Origin: Dirinaria sp. TL-2023a
Taxonomy: Eukaryota
Length of the DNA stretch: 56,661 bases
Assembly: GCA_051941275.1 (NCBI GenBank)
Contig: JAVEBF010000013.1
Coordinates: forward strand, 1 to 56,661
Direction of reading: 5' to 3'
The notes under the pieces were generated by a model, which saw nothing but the letters and a program-made list of their open reading frames with translations, had not been told where the DNA came from and ran no database searches. Positions within the stretch are counted from its first letter, which is position 1. The number at the start of each line of letters is the position of its first letter. The position numbers and the translations under genes are program-made. Shown here in pieces: positions 37,596 to 52,938 of this stretch.

Positions 37596-40154
37596 TTAAC
37601 CAAGGCCAGCCTTGGATACTTTTACAACATGCGGCACGGGCTGCATGATCCCCTTATTGTTTGAAGTACCAAGTGCGGTGCCAGTGCTCCAGCCCATTTT
37701 CTCAAGTATATTCCTACCCCTATTTTCCAAACCTAACTCGGGCGCTGAAGCTCCCACGATGTCACCATCGCGATAAGAAACAGCTGATTTGGAGAATCCT
37801 CCACCCCGAGCTATCGAGAGGGGCGCCGCATCTCTCCTATCTCTATGAGATTTATAAACACCCAAAACTTTCGCCAGGTGTGGTTTAAAGAGCCTTTCAT
37901 CATAAGAACGGGTACGCTTTGTACGAACAAGCGTTGGAAAGCGGTTGTCCCCGTCGCCTCTCGATTTCGATTTCAAGCCAAAAGTGCTGGCTATTTCGTG
38001 GACTAGGTAGCGCTCCCTCTTACCCATCGGTGGCAGGGACAGACTGCCTGTATTAACATGACATTCGGAGGAATGCTAGTAAAACTTACGTGTCATTAGT
38101 TGACAAGAGGAACTCCTTGATCTCCTCCTTGACCTGACTCATTGCGATACCATGAGCATATTTCGCCTTCATATTCACTCTGCCTTTCTTGCCGAGTAGG
38201 CCTTGTGCACGGAGTTGTTCGCGTTCAATCTTGCGCTTTTTCTTTTTATTTCGGTCATTCTCCCAAGCAGCCTGAAGCGACTGCTCGAGCTCGCTGTCCG
38301 AAACATCGAGAGGCATTCGCCCGCGCCGCCCCTTTGGTTTCTTCTTAAGGCTCGGTGGCTCCATGTTCAATAATTCAAAAGCATTTTCGGGGTCTTGATC
38401 AAGTACATCGGCTAGCAAACCGGCGTCAACGAAACTCCCCTGCGATCGCTTTTTTGCCTCCTTTCGGCGGTGATACCTCTCAGACTCTTGGTTGCCCCGG
38501 GACCCAGCAATTGCATTCCAATCAACCCGTTTGCTGCTGGTTTCGTGAGCATCAAACAGAACTAACCTTTCAGACCCAATGCCGAGCTCTTCCTGCTTTG
38601 AAAGCAACCTAGCGAGCTGCTCGTCTGTCATACGCTCTCTCGGTCGATCGAGAAGATCCTGATCGTCAAGAGCACCATCCGTCTCCTCCTCTGCGGCTTT
38701 TGCTATCTGCGATTCTTCGTCAGACACTTCAGAATCATCGCCATCCCACTCATGCCTTGATTTGAGCTGCTTGACCTCGAAACCGCGAATCATCTGCTGC
38801 GCATGAACGTCTGCTAGGGCTGCGTGATGAAGCCATCGAGCTTCATCAGTCGTGTGGCCTTCAAAGACCACAAGATACTGTAGTCCAGAAGCTCGGTCAC
38901 GTTTGGAGATGACTTTTTGGACGTTGCCGAGGACCTCATTAGAGGTACTTAGTTCATCGAAGTCCTGCAGGTCTGCCGCGTCCCAAGCATCGCTATCAGA
39001 TGTGCTGCTGCTAGCTTGGGATCCTGCCTCGAAACCCTCTCGCTCGATTTCCCACCCGGAAGTCTCGAGGGTGTCAAGTTGACGCGCTGAAAGCCTAACA
39101 TTTTCGCTAGTTCCTTCCATGTCTGGGTCGTGAGCAATATGGGCCACATAGTCAGCATATGCGGCATTTCTTTCGGAGTTCCTTTGAGCGCGAGTTGACT
39201 CCAATATCTGGAAATTCTTGGAAGAGCGATAGCTTGGCACCTCTATAGCCTGTTTGGTCTGCTTGTTTGGATTGTGGGCACTCGGAGCTTGAGGAGCCTT
39301 GATCGCTGTCGGCAAATCGTCGGAAAGAAAGCCGAAGTCCTCTCTGGCAATTGGGCGTGCATTTATATCATCGGTCTTAATCGGATCCGACAGGACAAGC
39401 GCATTTGGCCTGGGTCCGGATGAGATGTGGTTTTCAAGGTCGCATCTCTTGGCATTATGAAGGTTCTCTCTTCCTGCAAACAAAATCACCTCATCACTGG
39501 AGGTAGAATCTGTAGGCGATGATAAAGGCTCTTCTAGAGGCGTGGAAAACCCTGTTTGAAGAGGTTCCCGCGAACGTTGAACATCGACGAAGAAGTTGAT
39601 GCTGTCCTCACCCTGTGAGCTTGTACTTAGTCCATTGTTGTTGGCACTAGACTGAAGCTTGCCATGATTCCTTTCCGAGATGCTTCCCATTTTCGAGGGT
39701 TGCTGATTGTCAGTCACTGCTAGATTTGCCATCTGTCGTTGAGGAATGAATTCAGAATCAGGCTCTGTAGATTCGCCCGTGATTGTTGTCTTGGATTCAG
39801 TGTCATGGTCTTGCCTTGTACCAGTGAGATCTTCTCCACAGATGGTACCGGCGCTGACAAAATTTATCCTGTTAAAGCGTAATTTGCTGTCGAAACGTGA
39901 TGAAGAATGCCTTCCGGTTTGTTGCGCTTCATCCTGCAGAGAGAATTGCTTCTTTTGAACCGCTGGAGGTACATGAGTAAAAGTACAGAAAGACGTCTCG
40001 ATGAAGGAGTATCGGTAGCCTTACAATCCCTTTTCCACTTGCTCATGGAGTCATTACTGGGAGAGATGAAGGATGTAGCAAGCCCGTCACGAACCACAGT
40101 AGACTTTCTGGAAGTGTTCACACCACTTCCAACTGCTCGGTCTCTTCTGCTCAT
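37596..40154 (-). CDS. SQS1: R3H and G-patch domain protein Sqs1-like (3 exons)
   Basis: FSLQDEAQQT..KLRF..INFVSAG, SSDEVILFAGR, LARLLSKQEELG, AWENDR..KK..RE.LRAQGLLG, R3H (LPPMGKRERYLVHEIASTFGLKSKSRG) and G-patch (GRNILEKMGWSTGTALG...KAGLG*). Confidence 0.88.
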
Positions 40155-40793
40155 CTGCCACCACGCTTCACGATTGTACACCAGTGGAAAATATGTAAGA
40201 TGAACGATATAGTAGGGTGTTTAAGCACCCATCGATGCATTAGGTAAAAAGCTTTGCTGACAGGGGAGTACGTTATGTTGGTTAATTGTTGTGGGTGCGC
40301 TGAATTGTTTATGATGCTGCTACTTAGGCACTGTGGTTACAGTACTTTATACTACCTAGTACCTTACCTCAAATACCTTTCTTCTGCTCATAGCGCGGTG
40401 GCGCGGTCTAGAGTTAAGGTAAGGTACCATATGGAACCAGAAGTCGGAGCTTATCATATCCGGGGCTAGGGGTGACGATAGGCGGAAATAAAGCCGCGGA
40501 AGCATGTCATGGACAGTGTGCAGCTGAGATGCAGTCACAGCGTCCCTTGTAACTCCATCGACTTCCTTAACACTACTATGAGGGGACATTTTGAAGACAT
40601 TTGAGTGAAATGAGCTACGGATGGAAATTCAGAGTGGCGTGTTTTAAGTTCCATTAATTGTTTTTAGTAACGCCCCTCCTATTACTTTCCAAGCTGCACA
40701 TGGCTGCCTGCTTTATTTGCGCTGGGGTTCATTAGCCCCGGCAGTTCTCACAGAATACCATACAACTCGATATCCGGTAGTTCTTGTCTCAAA

Positions 40794-42277
40794 ATGTCGA
40801 ACGTAGACTTTGGGCGGTACAAGAAAATTGTCAAGTACTTCTGGGATCCCGAACCTAAGAACGACGACCCCTCGCAATCGCCCATCTGGTGCTTGGGAAG
40901 AGAATACACTGCTAGGTCTAGGTCAAGAGGAGGCCGCTCTATATCAGCGCAAGAGGTGTCTAACAGCGATAGCCCGTCAAGGCACAAGGAGGAAGGATCG
41001 TACGTTACTCCAGAGAAGACCGACCATGTGTGCGTGAACGGAGGCCGTGAAACTTCGCCCGCAGGTGCGGATGAAGAGGAAGAAGGGGGTTGGCCGAGGG
41101 AATTTCTCGACGACTTCGAGTCTAAGATATGGTTCACATACCGCTCGGGCTTTGCTGCCATCAAGAAGTCCACGGATCCCAAAGCTTCAGCATCCATGTC
41201 ACTTTCGGTACGATTGCGGAGTCAGCTAGACCCAGGAGGGTTCACATCGGATACAGGCTGGGGATGTATGATCAGGTCTGGGCAAAGTTTACTTGCGAAT
41301 ACACTGTTGATGCTGCGGTTAGGAAGAGGTACGGTGAACCTGCATTTTTAAGGAAGTTTATAACCCTCACCGGTGTACAGATTGGCGAAGAGGTACCCAA
41401 GTGGACAAGGAGAGGAAGCTTCTGTCCCTGTTCGCCGATGATGCGAGAGCGCCGTTCTCACTGCAAAGGTTCGTAGAGCATGGGGCTCTAGCTTGTGGAA
41501 AGCACCCAGGAGAATGGTTTGGTCCCTCAGCTGCCGCAAGATGCATCCAGTAAGCCGAGTACATTTGCGAATGAAGCCATCTCGCTGACGGTAGGCAGAG
41601 CACTCTCAGAGCATTACCCCGATACTGGCTTGAAGGTTTACATGAACGGTGATGGGGCAGATGTGTACGAGGACACGTTCCTAAAGCTAGCAAAGGCGGA
41701 GGATGGCACCTTTACTCCGACACTGATCCTTGTAGGTGTAAGGCTAGGCATTGACAGAATTACACCGGTGTACTGGGAGGCTCTGAAGGCGGTTTTGCGA
41801 CTTACCCAGTCGATCGGTATCGCAGGGTACGTACATAGATCGTTCTAAGGCGTTTTATGTCTGGAAGGAGCTAATTTGAAAGACAGCGGGCGCCCATCTT
41901 CTTCTCATTATTTCATCGGGCTGCAAGGGGACAATTTTTTCTACATGGATCCCCATCAAACACGACCTGCCTTGCCTTTGCACGAAAATCTTGCGGAGTA
42001 CACCCAAGACGAACTAGATTCCTGCCACACTCGTAGGCTGCGAAGGCTACATATTAACGATATGGATCCTAGCATGTTGATAGCGTTCTTGGTCGAAGAT
42101 GAAAAGGATTGGCGTTCCTGGAGAAGGGCGATCAGTGAGGTTAAGGGAAAGCCTGTAATGCATGTAGCTGATACTGAACCCACTTTACATAGCCAAGGCT
42201 TAGAACGCGCCAGCGCGGTGGACGATGTAGAGATACTCGATGATGAGGGGGACGGGGAATTGGTAGAATCTCCATGA
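40794..42277 (+). CDS. ATG4: Autophagy cysteine protease Atg4 (4 exons)
   Basis: [35 protein letters not shown], catalytic [61 protein letters not shown]. Confidence 0.97.
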
Positions 42278-42649
42278 CAGGCTATGATGACTTTTGCACT
42301 TGAACACAACCTACATAACCGTGACTTTTGAAACTCTGAAGCCGTTCCTGCTGTGATCTTTACTGACCGAAATCTGCATAACAGCTGCAAAAGATCTCGA
42401 ATGCAAGAAACTTAAAAGGTCGTGTGAATACAAGTTGAGCGACACTGAGATGTTCATGATTTGCTTGCTTGGATATCTGTATTGTACAAGCCCCCGCTGC
42501 AAACCCTGATTCATGGCTACAATGCAAGTCAACCCATGACACATTAGAAACCCGACCAGAACACCGGAAACAACACCTTCTGCTCAACGCATACCCCGAT
42601 TGCCGTACCTAAGGCGAGCGCGCAGCGAAGGCTCAGCGAGAAGATGCGC

Positions 42650-43296
<647 letters not shown>

Positions 43297-43785
43297 TTTA
43301 GTTTGTTTTGAATGAATTGGCTTGAAGAGCTAGAAGTGAGTAGATACGACTTGTAACTTTCGATCGATGCGTGGATGTGAGATACGTCGTGGATGGATGA
43401 TGGATGGAAGGAAAAGAGGAAGAAGTGCACAGAATCGGGGCGGCGGTAGTACTTATACTGCTCCCGCACTTACCGTGATTCTCAGCGGCGCGTCTTTACC
43501 GCCAAGCCTTAAGCGAGTAACAACACCAAATGATTTCCATGTGTTTTTGGGTTTTACGGTTTTTCTTTTTTCCCTTTCCAGCACTGAGGATTATTTAAGC
43601 GAGCACTTGCAAGCGCGACTGGAATCACCGCGCTATTGCTGCCCCTACTTAATCTCTGCCCGCCCCATCAACTCCATACTTCCTCCATCCATTGTCGACA
43701 CCATCTCCCATCCCATATCCACGCATCAACTAGAGACTCACTTTCAACTCCATCTCAACAGCATTTCGCATCCAAACCCATCAAA
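43297..43785. promoter_or_regulatory. Bidirectional H2B/H2A promoter
   Basis: 489 nt between the head-to-head ATGs, with several CGCG cores and pyrimidine-rich leaders on both sides. This is the standard fungal arrangement. Confidence 0.7.
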
Positions 43786-44535
<750 letters not shown>

Positions 44536-44908
44536 TGATTGCACAGTGCTCAAGGAATGTACATTATGTCTAGTAAGACGACATGATTCTAGACATTCCA
44601 AGAATCATATTTCAATATCCCAATGTCATGGTTGTATCGTCGGTGATCTTTCGTTTCGTTGGTGTTCAACGGAGAACAATGTATTGATGACGACTTCCAA
44701 ATCTCACATTCTCTACACTAAGTTGATTGCAGACTTGAGCTTTGAAGCATCGAATTGTAGGGTCTTTTTGAGAATTCAACTAAATCATTGTGGCTAACGG
44801 CCAACGACCATCGGCCCCATGCTACCTTAAACGTAGAATTTGAATACATGAAAACCACAAATCGTTACGCTGTGTGCATATTTTGCTGTTACAGAAGTGA
44901 TATGCGAT

Positions 44909-45426
44909 TCAGAGCGTAAAGTGGGGGGGAGCTACGCCGCGTCAACTCGCAACTTGGTAGAGGAGATATGGTTGGTGACTTACGATCCAATATCGGAGGC
45001 GGAATATTCCTCTCATATTTAGAGCCTGCACCAATCGTCAGCTCATCCAAATCGCAAGTTTGTTTTATCACATCGTGGCACAGACCTCCGGGAGCGGTAG
45101 GTGGCTTGTAGGGATCGGGATGCTTCCACTTTTCCAGCAGTGCTTCCGCCTCTTGGAATAGCTCCTGTAAAGTTTCATTAGACCTGCCGTATAGAGCAAA
45201 CGGTAAGAGTATTGCCCACCCGTTGTTGTCGTGGTTCTCGCACGTTTCGATTGGCCTCGAAAAGAGAGCGTATATAGAGTGCCTGACCACGCCAAAGGTG
45301 ACGGTGGACACACCAATCGAGAGAGAGCTTCAAGGACCGTCGGTATAGCGAACTTCGAAGCATGTCAGTAGAGGCATTAGCTCTAAAGGGGTATTGGACG
45401 TACGCGACAGCCGGACGGTGTGCCAT
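44909..45426 (-). CDS. NDUFB9: NADH:ubiquinone oxidoreductase B22 subunit (LYR family; 5 exons)
   Basis: SLYRRSLKLSLDWCVHRHLWRGQALYIRSLFEAN / EALLEKWKHPDPYKPPTAPG/GSKYERNIPPPILD/PPPHFTL*. Confidence 0.9.
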
Positions 45427-45894
45427 AATGATACTTCGTAGGCCAGCAGACTCCAAGGTAAACGTTCGAACAACATCAACAGGAACCCAGACTTCCTAGC
45501 TCATGCGCTCTATGTACGTTGTCGACCAACGGAGGCTTTGAATAAGACCGTGAATATTCAATTGAGTGCGAAGATCAATTGTTGATAGCAGCGATGCTTG
45601 TTGAAGAAGCTTAGAAGCTCCCCTCGGTCGTACCAAGCCAAAGTACCTTCCAAGCGTCGCCAATCCAGCCAAGCCAAGCTCAGCCAGCGGCACGTGTGAT
45701 GGAGAGCTTTTTGAGGAAGTCGCAGCTTCCAATGCTCCAAGTGCCGCAGCTCAAAACTTTCCATTGTCCGGATGATGCATGACTGAGCTCTTGCTACGGC
45801 TCGCATACCTACGGTCTGCCATTTCTTTCCCCTTTGTCTTGCAAGTGGGTGCAATTGGCTCTCAAGCTGGCTCCTACATCAGCTTCTACCCAGC

Positions 45895-47919
45895 ATGGCT
45901 AGTCGACAGTGTTGCACCAAAATAGGAGCTCGCACTTCACTACGATCTTCAAGCTGGCTGTCGTCACACGGCCGTTCTATGAGCCTATCTTCAAGACTTA
46001 TCCATTCTGCACATGTACGAGGCTACTCGGTTTCGCTACAGTTAGGAATTTCAAGCGTAGCACAAAAGCATTCGCGGTTGCCCATTCAGTCCCCACGACG
46101 TATAACTATGTTGACTGTTTCCAGATGTTTCATATCCTCACTGAAGGGAGCAACGCTACCAGGAGGCCAGCGACGTCACTACGGTGGGTTTATATCAAGC
46201 ATGACACTAATATGGACTGACGACGTTCCAGCGGACAAAGTTGTGAAAGTTCCTGAGATGGCCGAATCTATAACTGAAGGCACTTTGAAGCAGTGGTCTA
46301 AACGTTAGCTATTTGGAGGCCTCCTCAAATTGTCGTGAATACAGTATGACTGAGCGGCACGAACAGAAATTGGAGACTACGCGGAGCAAGACGAAGAAAT
46401 TGCGACCATTGAGACAGATAAGGTTGAATCGAGGTATACAGTTGTTTGCGCGATAATGCTGATTACTGCGTGCTCAGATCGACGTTTCGGTGAATGCGCC
46501 TGAGGCGGGAACAGTTAAGGAGTATCTAGTGAAAGAGGAAGACACCGTCACCGTAGGGCAGGACCTCCTGAAGCTGGAGCTCGGGGGACCTCCTGCAGGT
46601 GGCGACAAAGAGCAAGGTGGCCAGGAGCCTAAAGAGCCAGCTCCCGACGACCAGTCAACCTCGTCCGACCCAGAGCGAAAGAAGGATCAGGGCACATCGG
46701 ACCAAAAAGCCTCTGAGCCTCCATCCCCTCCAGCTAAGAAGAAGTCGGAGCCAGAAACGGAAGCTGAGCCGAAGAAGGAGGAGAGCAAACCAAGTCCACA
46801 ACCCAAGAAGGAGCCCTACCCGCAAGAAAAAGCCAGCAAGCCCCAGGAGTCAAAACAGCCTGAGCCCAAGTCTGCGGGCGGAGAGACGCCATATGGCAGC
46901 CGAGAGGAACGACGGGTATTGCTCCCTAATTGTAGCGTTCTGGAATTATACTGAATAAAGTCATAGGTAAAAATGAACCGTATGCGCCTTCGAATTGCCG
47001 AGCGACTCAAACAATCTCAGAACACTGCGGCCTCCCTAACAACCTTTAACGAGGTCGATATGTCTTCGCTCATGGAATTCCGGAAGCTTTACAGGGACGA
47101 AGTGCTTAAGAAAACCGGGGTGAAGCTTGGTTTCATGAGCGCCTTTTCCCGCGCCTGCGTTTTAGCGATGAGGGATGTTCCGGCGGTCAACGCGTCGATA
47201 GAAGGGCCTGGCGGAGGCGATACTATCGTCTACCGTGACTATGTGGACATCAGCGTGGCAGTGGCCACAGAAAAGGGTCTAGTCACGCCAGTGGTGCGAA
47301 ATGCAGAGACAATGGACCTAGTGCGCATCGAGAAGTCTATCGCAGATTTGGGGAAGAAGGCAAGATGTCCTCCAGCTTCAATACTTGCTCATCTGACTGA
47401 CTTCGCAGGCTCGAGATAATAAATTGACCATCGAAGATATGGCTGGAGGGACGTTCACGATTAGCAATGTATTTGAAGGTGCACCTGATACCTGTACAGC
47501 TAATAACGAGTATAGGGCGGCGTCTTTGGCTCACTTATGGGCACACCGATCATCAACCTACCACAAACTGGTAAGTGCTGTCTACGCAATTTGCAGTGCC
47601 ACTGCTAAGACAGCGTTTTTCATAGCTGTTCTTGGTCTACACGCGATCAAAGAGAAAGCGGTGGCCATCGAGGGCAAGGTTGAAATCCGACCGGTAAGGC
47701 CCAACCTTATGCTCCAGCGAAGAAATCGTACTCACAATATCACGTAGATGATGTACCTAGCTCTGACATACGACCACCGAATGCTTGATGGACGGGAAGC
47801 GGTCGTCTTTCTTGTCAAAGTAAGTGGAAATACTAACGCGGATGCAGGGTGGCAGACGCTGACAGATGATTCAGGTGAAGGAGTATATTGAGGACCCGCG
47901 AAAGATGCTTCTTGGCTAA
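45895..47919 (+). CDS. KGD2: 2-oxoglutarate dehydrogenase E2, dihydrolipoamide succinyltransferase (many exons)
   Basis: Lipoyl domain [13 protein letters not shown]...[19 protein letters not shown], a P/E/K-rich linker, [73 protein letters not shown]. Confidence 0.97.
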
Positions 47920-49463
47920 GCAGATAGGGTTCACTGCCGACAATAAGGTACAAAACTTTCCGCTGGATGTGTACTCTTACCTTGTGGTACGATTACTCGA
48001 GACTTGAAATTTGTACATAGCCTCAGGCCTCTCCGTGTCGAATACGCTCCGGTCGGTGAGGATCTTTTGGTGGAATCTTTGTCACATGTTGTGTAGATGG
48101 GAATAGCCAACTTATCCAGGTACTCTTCGTACCTCGAACCCTCTGCACCTGCATCTCGCATTCGTCTCATAATCGCAGTACCTGATCCAGCCACGACAGC
48201 AATAATACCATACGATGAGCACCGCACATCTTGTTTGCTGTCTGCCTTGCTTCCCATTCTCTGACGCTGGTTATCCGTTCTCCCGGTTGCCCGATTTTCA
48301 TCATCATACTTAAAGTCTAGCACATGACACGCTGAACCCTAGAGTCATCAGACCGATGGCATCGCTCAATAATGAGCTCCACCCCACTTGATACCTTACC
48401 TTAAGGTAGATCGAAACTATGTATACTACTGCAAATACAGTACAAGCCAGAGCCAGCTTTGTGCATAAGGTGGATGTACTACTGTGCACTACTGTGCATA
48501 GTGTTGGCTTAGTGGGCCCCTGGTCGACTAGAGGCAAAATAAATGTCATCGAAGGAAGTGCAGTGGAGCTTTCGATCCTTCTTCCCCCACAAGGCACATG
48601 AGAAACTCCACCTTGGGTGTACCCGGTGAGCTGCGCCGCATATAGCCGGAGGTTTCCCTTGCCTTTGAGAGTGTGTAGTGTGGTCTGAATGAAAATTTTG
48701 TGCGCCGGCTGTATTCGCTTTGCCCGGCCAAAGGTTGACGGTCCCGGACAAGCCAAGCCACTCATTTTGTCAGTCACCCTACTTTAATAATAGGAAGGCT
48801 AGCCAGCACACGCTCTCGGAAACAAAAATGAATGAGTACATATCAACAATACAGTATGGCTGTGGCTGCGAAGCCTACGCTGCAGGACACACTCGAGAAG
48901 GGCCACCATGCGCGTACACGAAGAGCGAGATTCAGATTCAGCAGCTCTCACATGGTAGAGGTCTCGTTTGATTGCCTCGGATAAAAAGTACGGTAACGTG
49001 CCTGCTTATACCCAGGATACTCTTAAAGTAGGTTAGCTACATGCATGTACGGATCACGGAGGAGAAAAATCGTACCTGACTGGCTTGAACGGCTGTACCT
49101 AATCGAAACGGTTCCTGCCAATAATAATGACCCCTGCGCGCTAAGGTAGCTCAAGTCTGTCCGACCCGGACTAGTGATGGTCATTCTTGGTTTAGCCAGA
49201 ATGTGCCCGATCCCTCGGATAGGTCAACACGCCTCGCGTTTGCCTCCTTTTCTGATGACTGCTGTTTATAAGGGGGGGAATTGCTGCCCACACTAAAACT
49301 CCTTCACTTTTCCCATTTCACAGTCCCTCGTTTCTCTCCTTTTCACATTTCAGTGCCTAGAGCATTATTCACACACTTCATTCTCCTTCTACTTACTTCT
49401 GACTAGATTATTTCCTTCCGTTTTTTCCCCAGTCCTATTATTCTATCATTCTTGTTAATAGCC

Positions 49464-51320
49464 ATGTTTGCTTCGAAGCTGCTCACTCTGGCCATCTCGG
49501 CCGCCTCAGTAGTTGGCCAGACCTACCAAGGCTTCAACTATGGCTCCGTCTTTACAGATAATTCTCCCATCACTCAGTCAGACTATGAGAACCAGTTCAA
49601 TACAGCCAAACGACTCGTGGGAACCTCGGGCTTCACGAGTGCTCGGATTTACACCATGATTCAGGCCGGAACCACAAACTCCCCCAGCGAAGCCATTCCG
49701 GCTGCTATCTCTACCAAGACGTCTCTGTTGCTTGGCTTGTTCCTGACGACCGATCAGTCCGCCTTCAACAACGAATTGGCAGCGTTACGAAGTGCTATCA
49801 CCACCTATGGCCAAGCTTTTATCAATTTGATTGCCGGCATATCCGTAGGAAGCGAAGATTTGTACCGCATCTCTCCGATTGGCATTGAAAACCACTCAAA
49901 TCCCGGTGTGGAGCCTGCTCAGGTCGCCGACTACATCTCTCAGGTCCGGGCTATGATTAAGGGCACTGCCGCAAGCAGCAAACCTGTGGGGCACGTCGAT
50001 ACATGGACCGCGTGGGTCAATGGGTCCAACGACGCCGTTATCAATGCGGTAGATTTCCTCGGGGTTGATGCATATCCTTACTTCCAGAACACGATGAGTA
50101 ATGCAATTGGGAGCGGCAATTCACTTTTCTACGATGCCTTCCATGCCACGCAAGCTGCCGCTAATGGCAAACCTGTCTGGGTTACTGAGACCGGGTGGCC
50201 CGTCTCTGGCCCTGAATCAAATCTTGCTGTTGCCAGCATCGCCAACGCGAAAACTTATTGGGACCAGGTAGGCTGCTCGCTCTTTGGCCACACCAATACG
50301 TGGTGGTATACCCTCCAAGACGCGTACCCGACGACCCCAAGTCCCAGTTTCGGTGTTGTGGGCACGACACTCAGTACTACTCCGCTGTATGACCTCTCTT
50401 GCTCGAAATCTTCCTCCTCAGCCTCGACGTCTGCAAGTGCTTCAGCGTCTCCCAGCGCGTCAAAGGGCTCCACAACCGCATCTACTGGGGATCCAGCACC
50501 GCCTTCCGAATCGCAGCCAGGCAGCAACCCAGATTCGCCCGCATCTACCGAGTCTGAAGGGGGCAAAGCGCAAAACCCTGCCCAAGAACAGGTCTCTGAT
50601 AAAGCGTCTGGCCCTTCTCCACACGCCGCACCAAGTGTCAAGACTTTGACAGTTTATACTACGTTCACGACCTGCCCTGTCACCGTGACGTCTGGCTCTG
50701 AGACCAAAACCACAGTAACGACGTCCGCAGTCGCCGTGACTTCGTCAGTAGGCAGTACCCTAGCGAAAGTGACCAAAGCTGCAAGCCCGACAGGGCAGGG
50801 GCCAGCACCAGCCCAGAGTCAGACTGCCGGTAGCTGCCCGACCGCTCTTTCTGGAGACTATCAGTACCCACATTTGATTGTAAAGGTTGACAAGAGCCAG
50901 CCGAGCACGGCCCTGGGTAATGGGTACACGGGGCACGTTTCGTCCACCATTTCTTCCGTTTTCAACTTCGATATTCCTCCTTCGTATGAAGGCAAGACAT
51001 GCTCGCTCGTTTTCCTCTTTCCTGAGCGCGACCAGTTGCCGACCTCGAATTACACCCTCTCCAGCACCGGCGGTCTTGATTTTGCGCGGCTCAAGAGCCC
51101 CGTCACGGAACAAACCACTTACAGCACTGTCCCAGCTGTGGAGAAGGACGTCGGTTCGGTATCTGACTTGCAGGCTGGTAGCGGCTATGCGATTGCTTCT
51201 GGAGCATGCTTCGCTGGAGCTAGGCTCTCGTACGAGGTTAGCGCAACTGGGAGCTTGGACCTGGAGTACTTCCAGGACTACAACGCGCCTGCCATTGGCT
51301 TGTATATTACGGCCTGTTAG
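49464..51320 (+). CDS. eglC: Secreted GH17 endo-1,3-beta-glucanase (EglC-like) with a Ser/Thr linker and a C-terminal But2-like domain
   Basis: Signal peptide, [52 protein letters not shown]-terminal [16 protein letters not shown]...[21 protein letters not shown]...[14 protein letters not shown]. Confidence 0.9.
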   Translation: MFASKLLTLAISAASVVGQTYQGFNYGSVFTDNSPITQSDYENQFNTAKRLVGTSGFTSARIYTMIQAGTTNSPSEAIPAAISTKTSLLLGLFLTTDQSAFNNELAALRSAITTYGQAFINLIAGISVGSEDLYRISPIGIENHSNPGVEPAQVADYISQVRAMIKGTAASSKPVGHVDTWTAWVNGSNDAVINAVDFLGVDAYPYFQNTMSNAIGSGNSLFYDAFHATQAAANGKPVWVTETGWPVSGPESNLAVASIANAKTYWDQVGCSLFGHTNTWWYTLQDAYPTTPSPSFGVVGTTLSTTPLYDLSCSKSSSSASTSASASASPSASKGSTTASTGDPAPPSESQPGSNPDSPASTESEGGKAQNPAQEQVSDKASGPSPHAAPSVKTLTVYTTFTTCPVTVTSGSETKTTVTTSAVAVTSSVGSTLAKVTKAASPTGQGPAPAQSQTAGSCPTALSGDYQYPHLIVKVDKSQPSTALGNGYTGHVSSTISSVFNFDIPPSYEGKTCSLVFLFPERDQLPTSNYTLSSTGGLDFARLKSPVTEQTTYSTVPAVEKDVGSVSDLQAGSGYAIASGACFAGARLSYEVSATGSLDLEYFQDYNAPAIGLYITAC

Positions 51321-52938
51321 ATTGGGGGCAAAAAAGCAATGCGGTCATTAGCGTATGAGTAATTATAATTTTAATACAATCAAGCCTAGCATTCATCACT
51401 GCAATGTTGACTTGGTACTATTGAAATTAGCCTAAGTCTCAATTAGAGTATTGTACAGAATTCAATGTAAATGAGTACCACCGTAATACAGAGGATCTCT
51501 CATCCACCATGTCAAGACAATCAACCCAGCTGCAAATATCAGCCTAAGAAAAAAGCAGTTCCGTCGAATTTACTCGGATAGAGTCTGTAAGGTAGGTGAG
51601 GTAAAAAGGTGCAATACTGTAAGACTCCTAGAACCATTCGACCCTAGACTAGCCCTGCTCTGGCCCTCCCAGTCCTCCAGCTGTGTGCAGCATCAGAATA
51701 CGTATCGTAGGTACGGTACTCGTACCTTAGGGGATGGATGTCAAGACATTTCAATTTCGACCTTAAGAACTGCATGCATAATTGTGCGTAGAGTCTATTA
51801 AAAATTTTGATCAGAAATAAAATCACATTTCGATACCTTGCTTTCCAGTATGCGGTTTCACGCTACACAATTCGATTCCTATCTATTTTTCCTTAGAACA
51901 AACGAACTATAGTGAAATGGGGTTGAGCTCGAAATTGACATTTCTGGATTCTTTGCCAACCGAAAACTTCTTCTTTTAATTCTAGATTTAACGCCGATCC
52001 CCATCAGATTGTATAAATTGCCCATGGTGATTTTCCAGTACTATCCGGAAACGCCGCTTCTCCTCTCTAACAATCTCAGTCCTAGATTGAGCCTTTGCAA
52101 CCTGTCTGTTATTGTAAGTATTGGTAAAGACATTGGGTGATGAAAGTATTAACCATTCGGCTATGGGAGCATGTCATTGTGTGATTTAATACAATTTTTC
52201 AATCAAACATAACAACTTTTAAGAATACCAACGACAAATGTTATCTTTTTGAAGCGCTTGCGAACAAGCGCCACGTTCTACTAAATAAAGCATAGAATAA
52301 TCAAAGAGCGTCTGGTTTCAAAGCAGCTGCAGTTCAATAGGGCATTTCCCCGAATTGCCGGATTGCAGCTAACGAGCACTGATGAAAGTTGAGAGAAGGC
52401 TAGGGTCGCATAAGAAGAAAGCATCAAGGCCCCAAGCATCGGACTGATAAAGGTGGATGGACCCCTGACTTGTGCAATGGCTTCGCTTGTATCAATTATC
52501 AGAAAAGGAGAAGTAGGAGCATGGTGTAAAAGCCATGCAGACGGGAAAGCACCCAAAAACCTCCGAGTCTTGCGCGCAGACGACACAAGCATGGACAACA
52601 CCCGGACTTCGAATCATTACCCAAAGCCTACCGACAGTATGCGAACTCCAGTACGAGTCTTTTAGGGGTTGGGACTTGGTCGCTTGGTCGAAGTGCTCTT
52701 TATGCGTGACTTTGACACAATGCTCTCACATACAGGTAAGCTTCGTCATCAGACAACCATCCTGGTATTTGAGGTATGAAGTGCGCTACCTCACACTATA
52801 TCGCCACTGGTACTGCTTGTTTCCTCCAATATCATATTCGCAGAGCTCGCGAATTTGGCGACCATGTGCATTAAAGAGGCTTTCCTCGCTCGTGTGATTT
52901 CGAGGGTTGCATCCACAGTGTGAAAACCCTTTCGCAAT

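Noticed and set aside
47767..47780. ACATACGACCA, resembling the 5' end of fungal 5S rRNA
   Set aside because: It lies in the KGD2 exon encoding TYDHR, and the similarity does not extend.
48828..48971. 47-codon ORF MNEYISTIQYGCGC... upstream of the GH17 gene
   Set aside because: Too short, with no supporting splice, signal or family evidence; probably promoter DNA.
52254..52271. Perfect 7-bp hairpin GCGCTTG-CGAA-CAAGCGC
   Set aside because: Isolated, with no surrounding tRNA or snoRNA structure; expected occasionally by chance.
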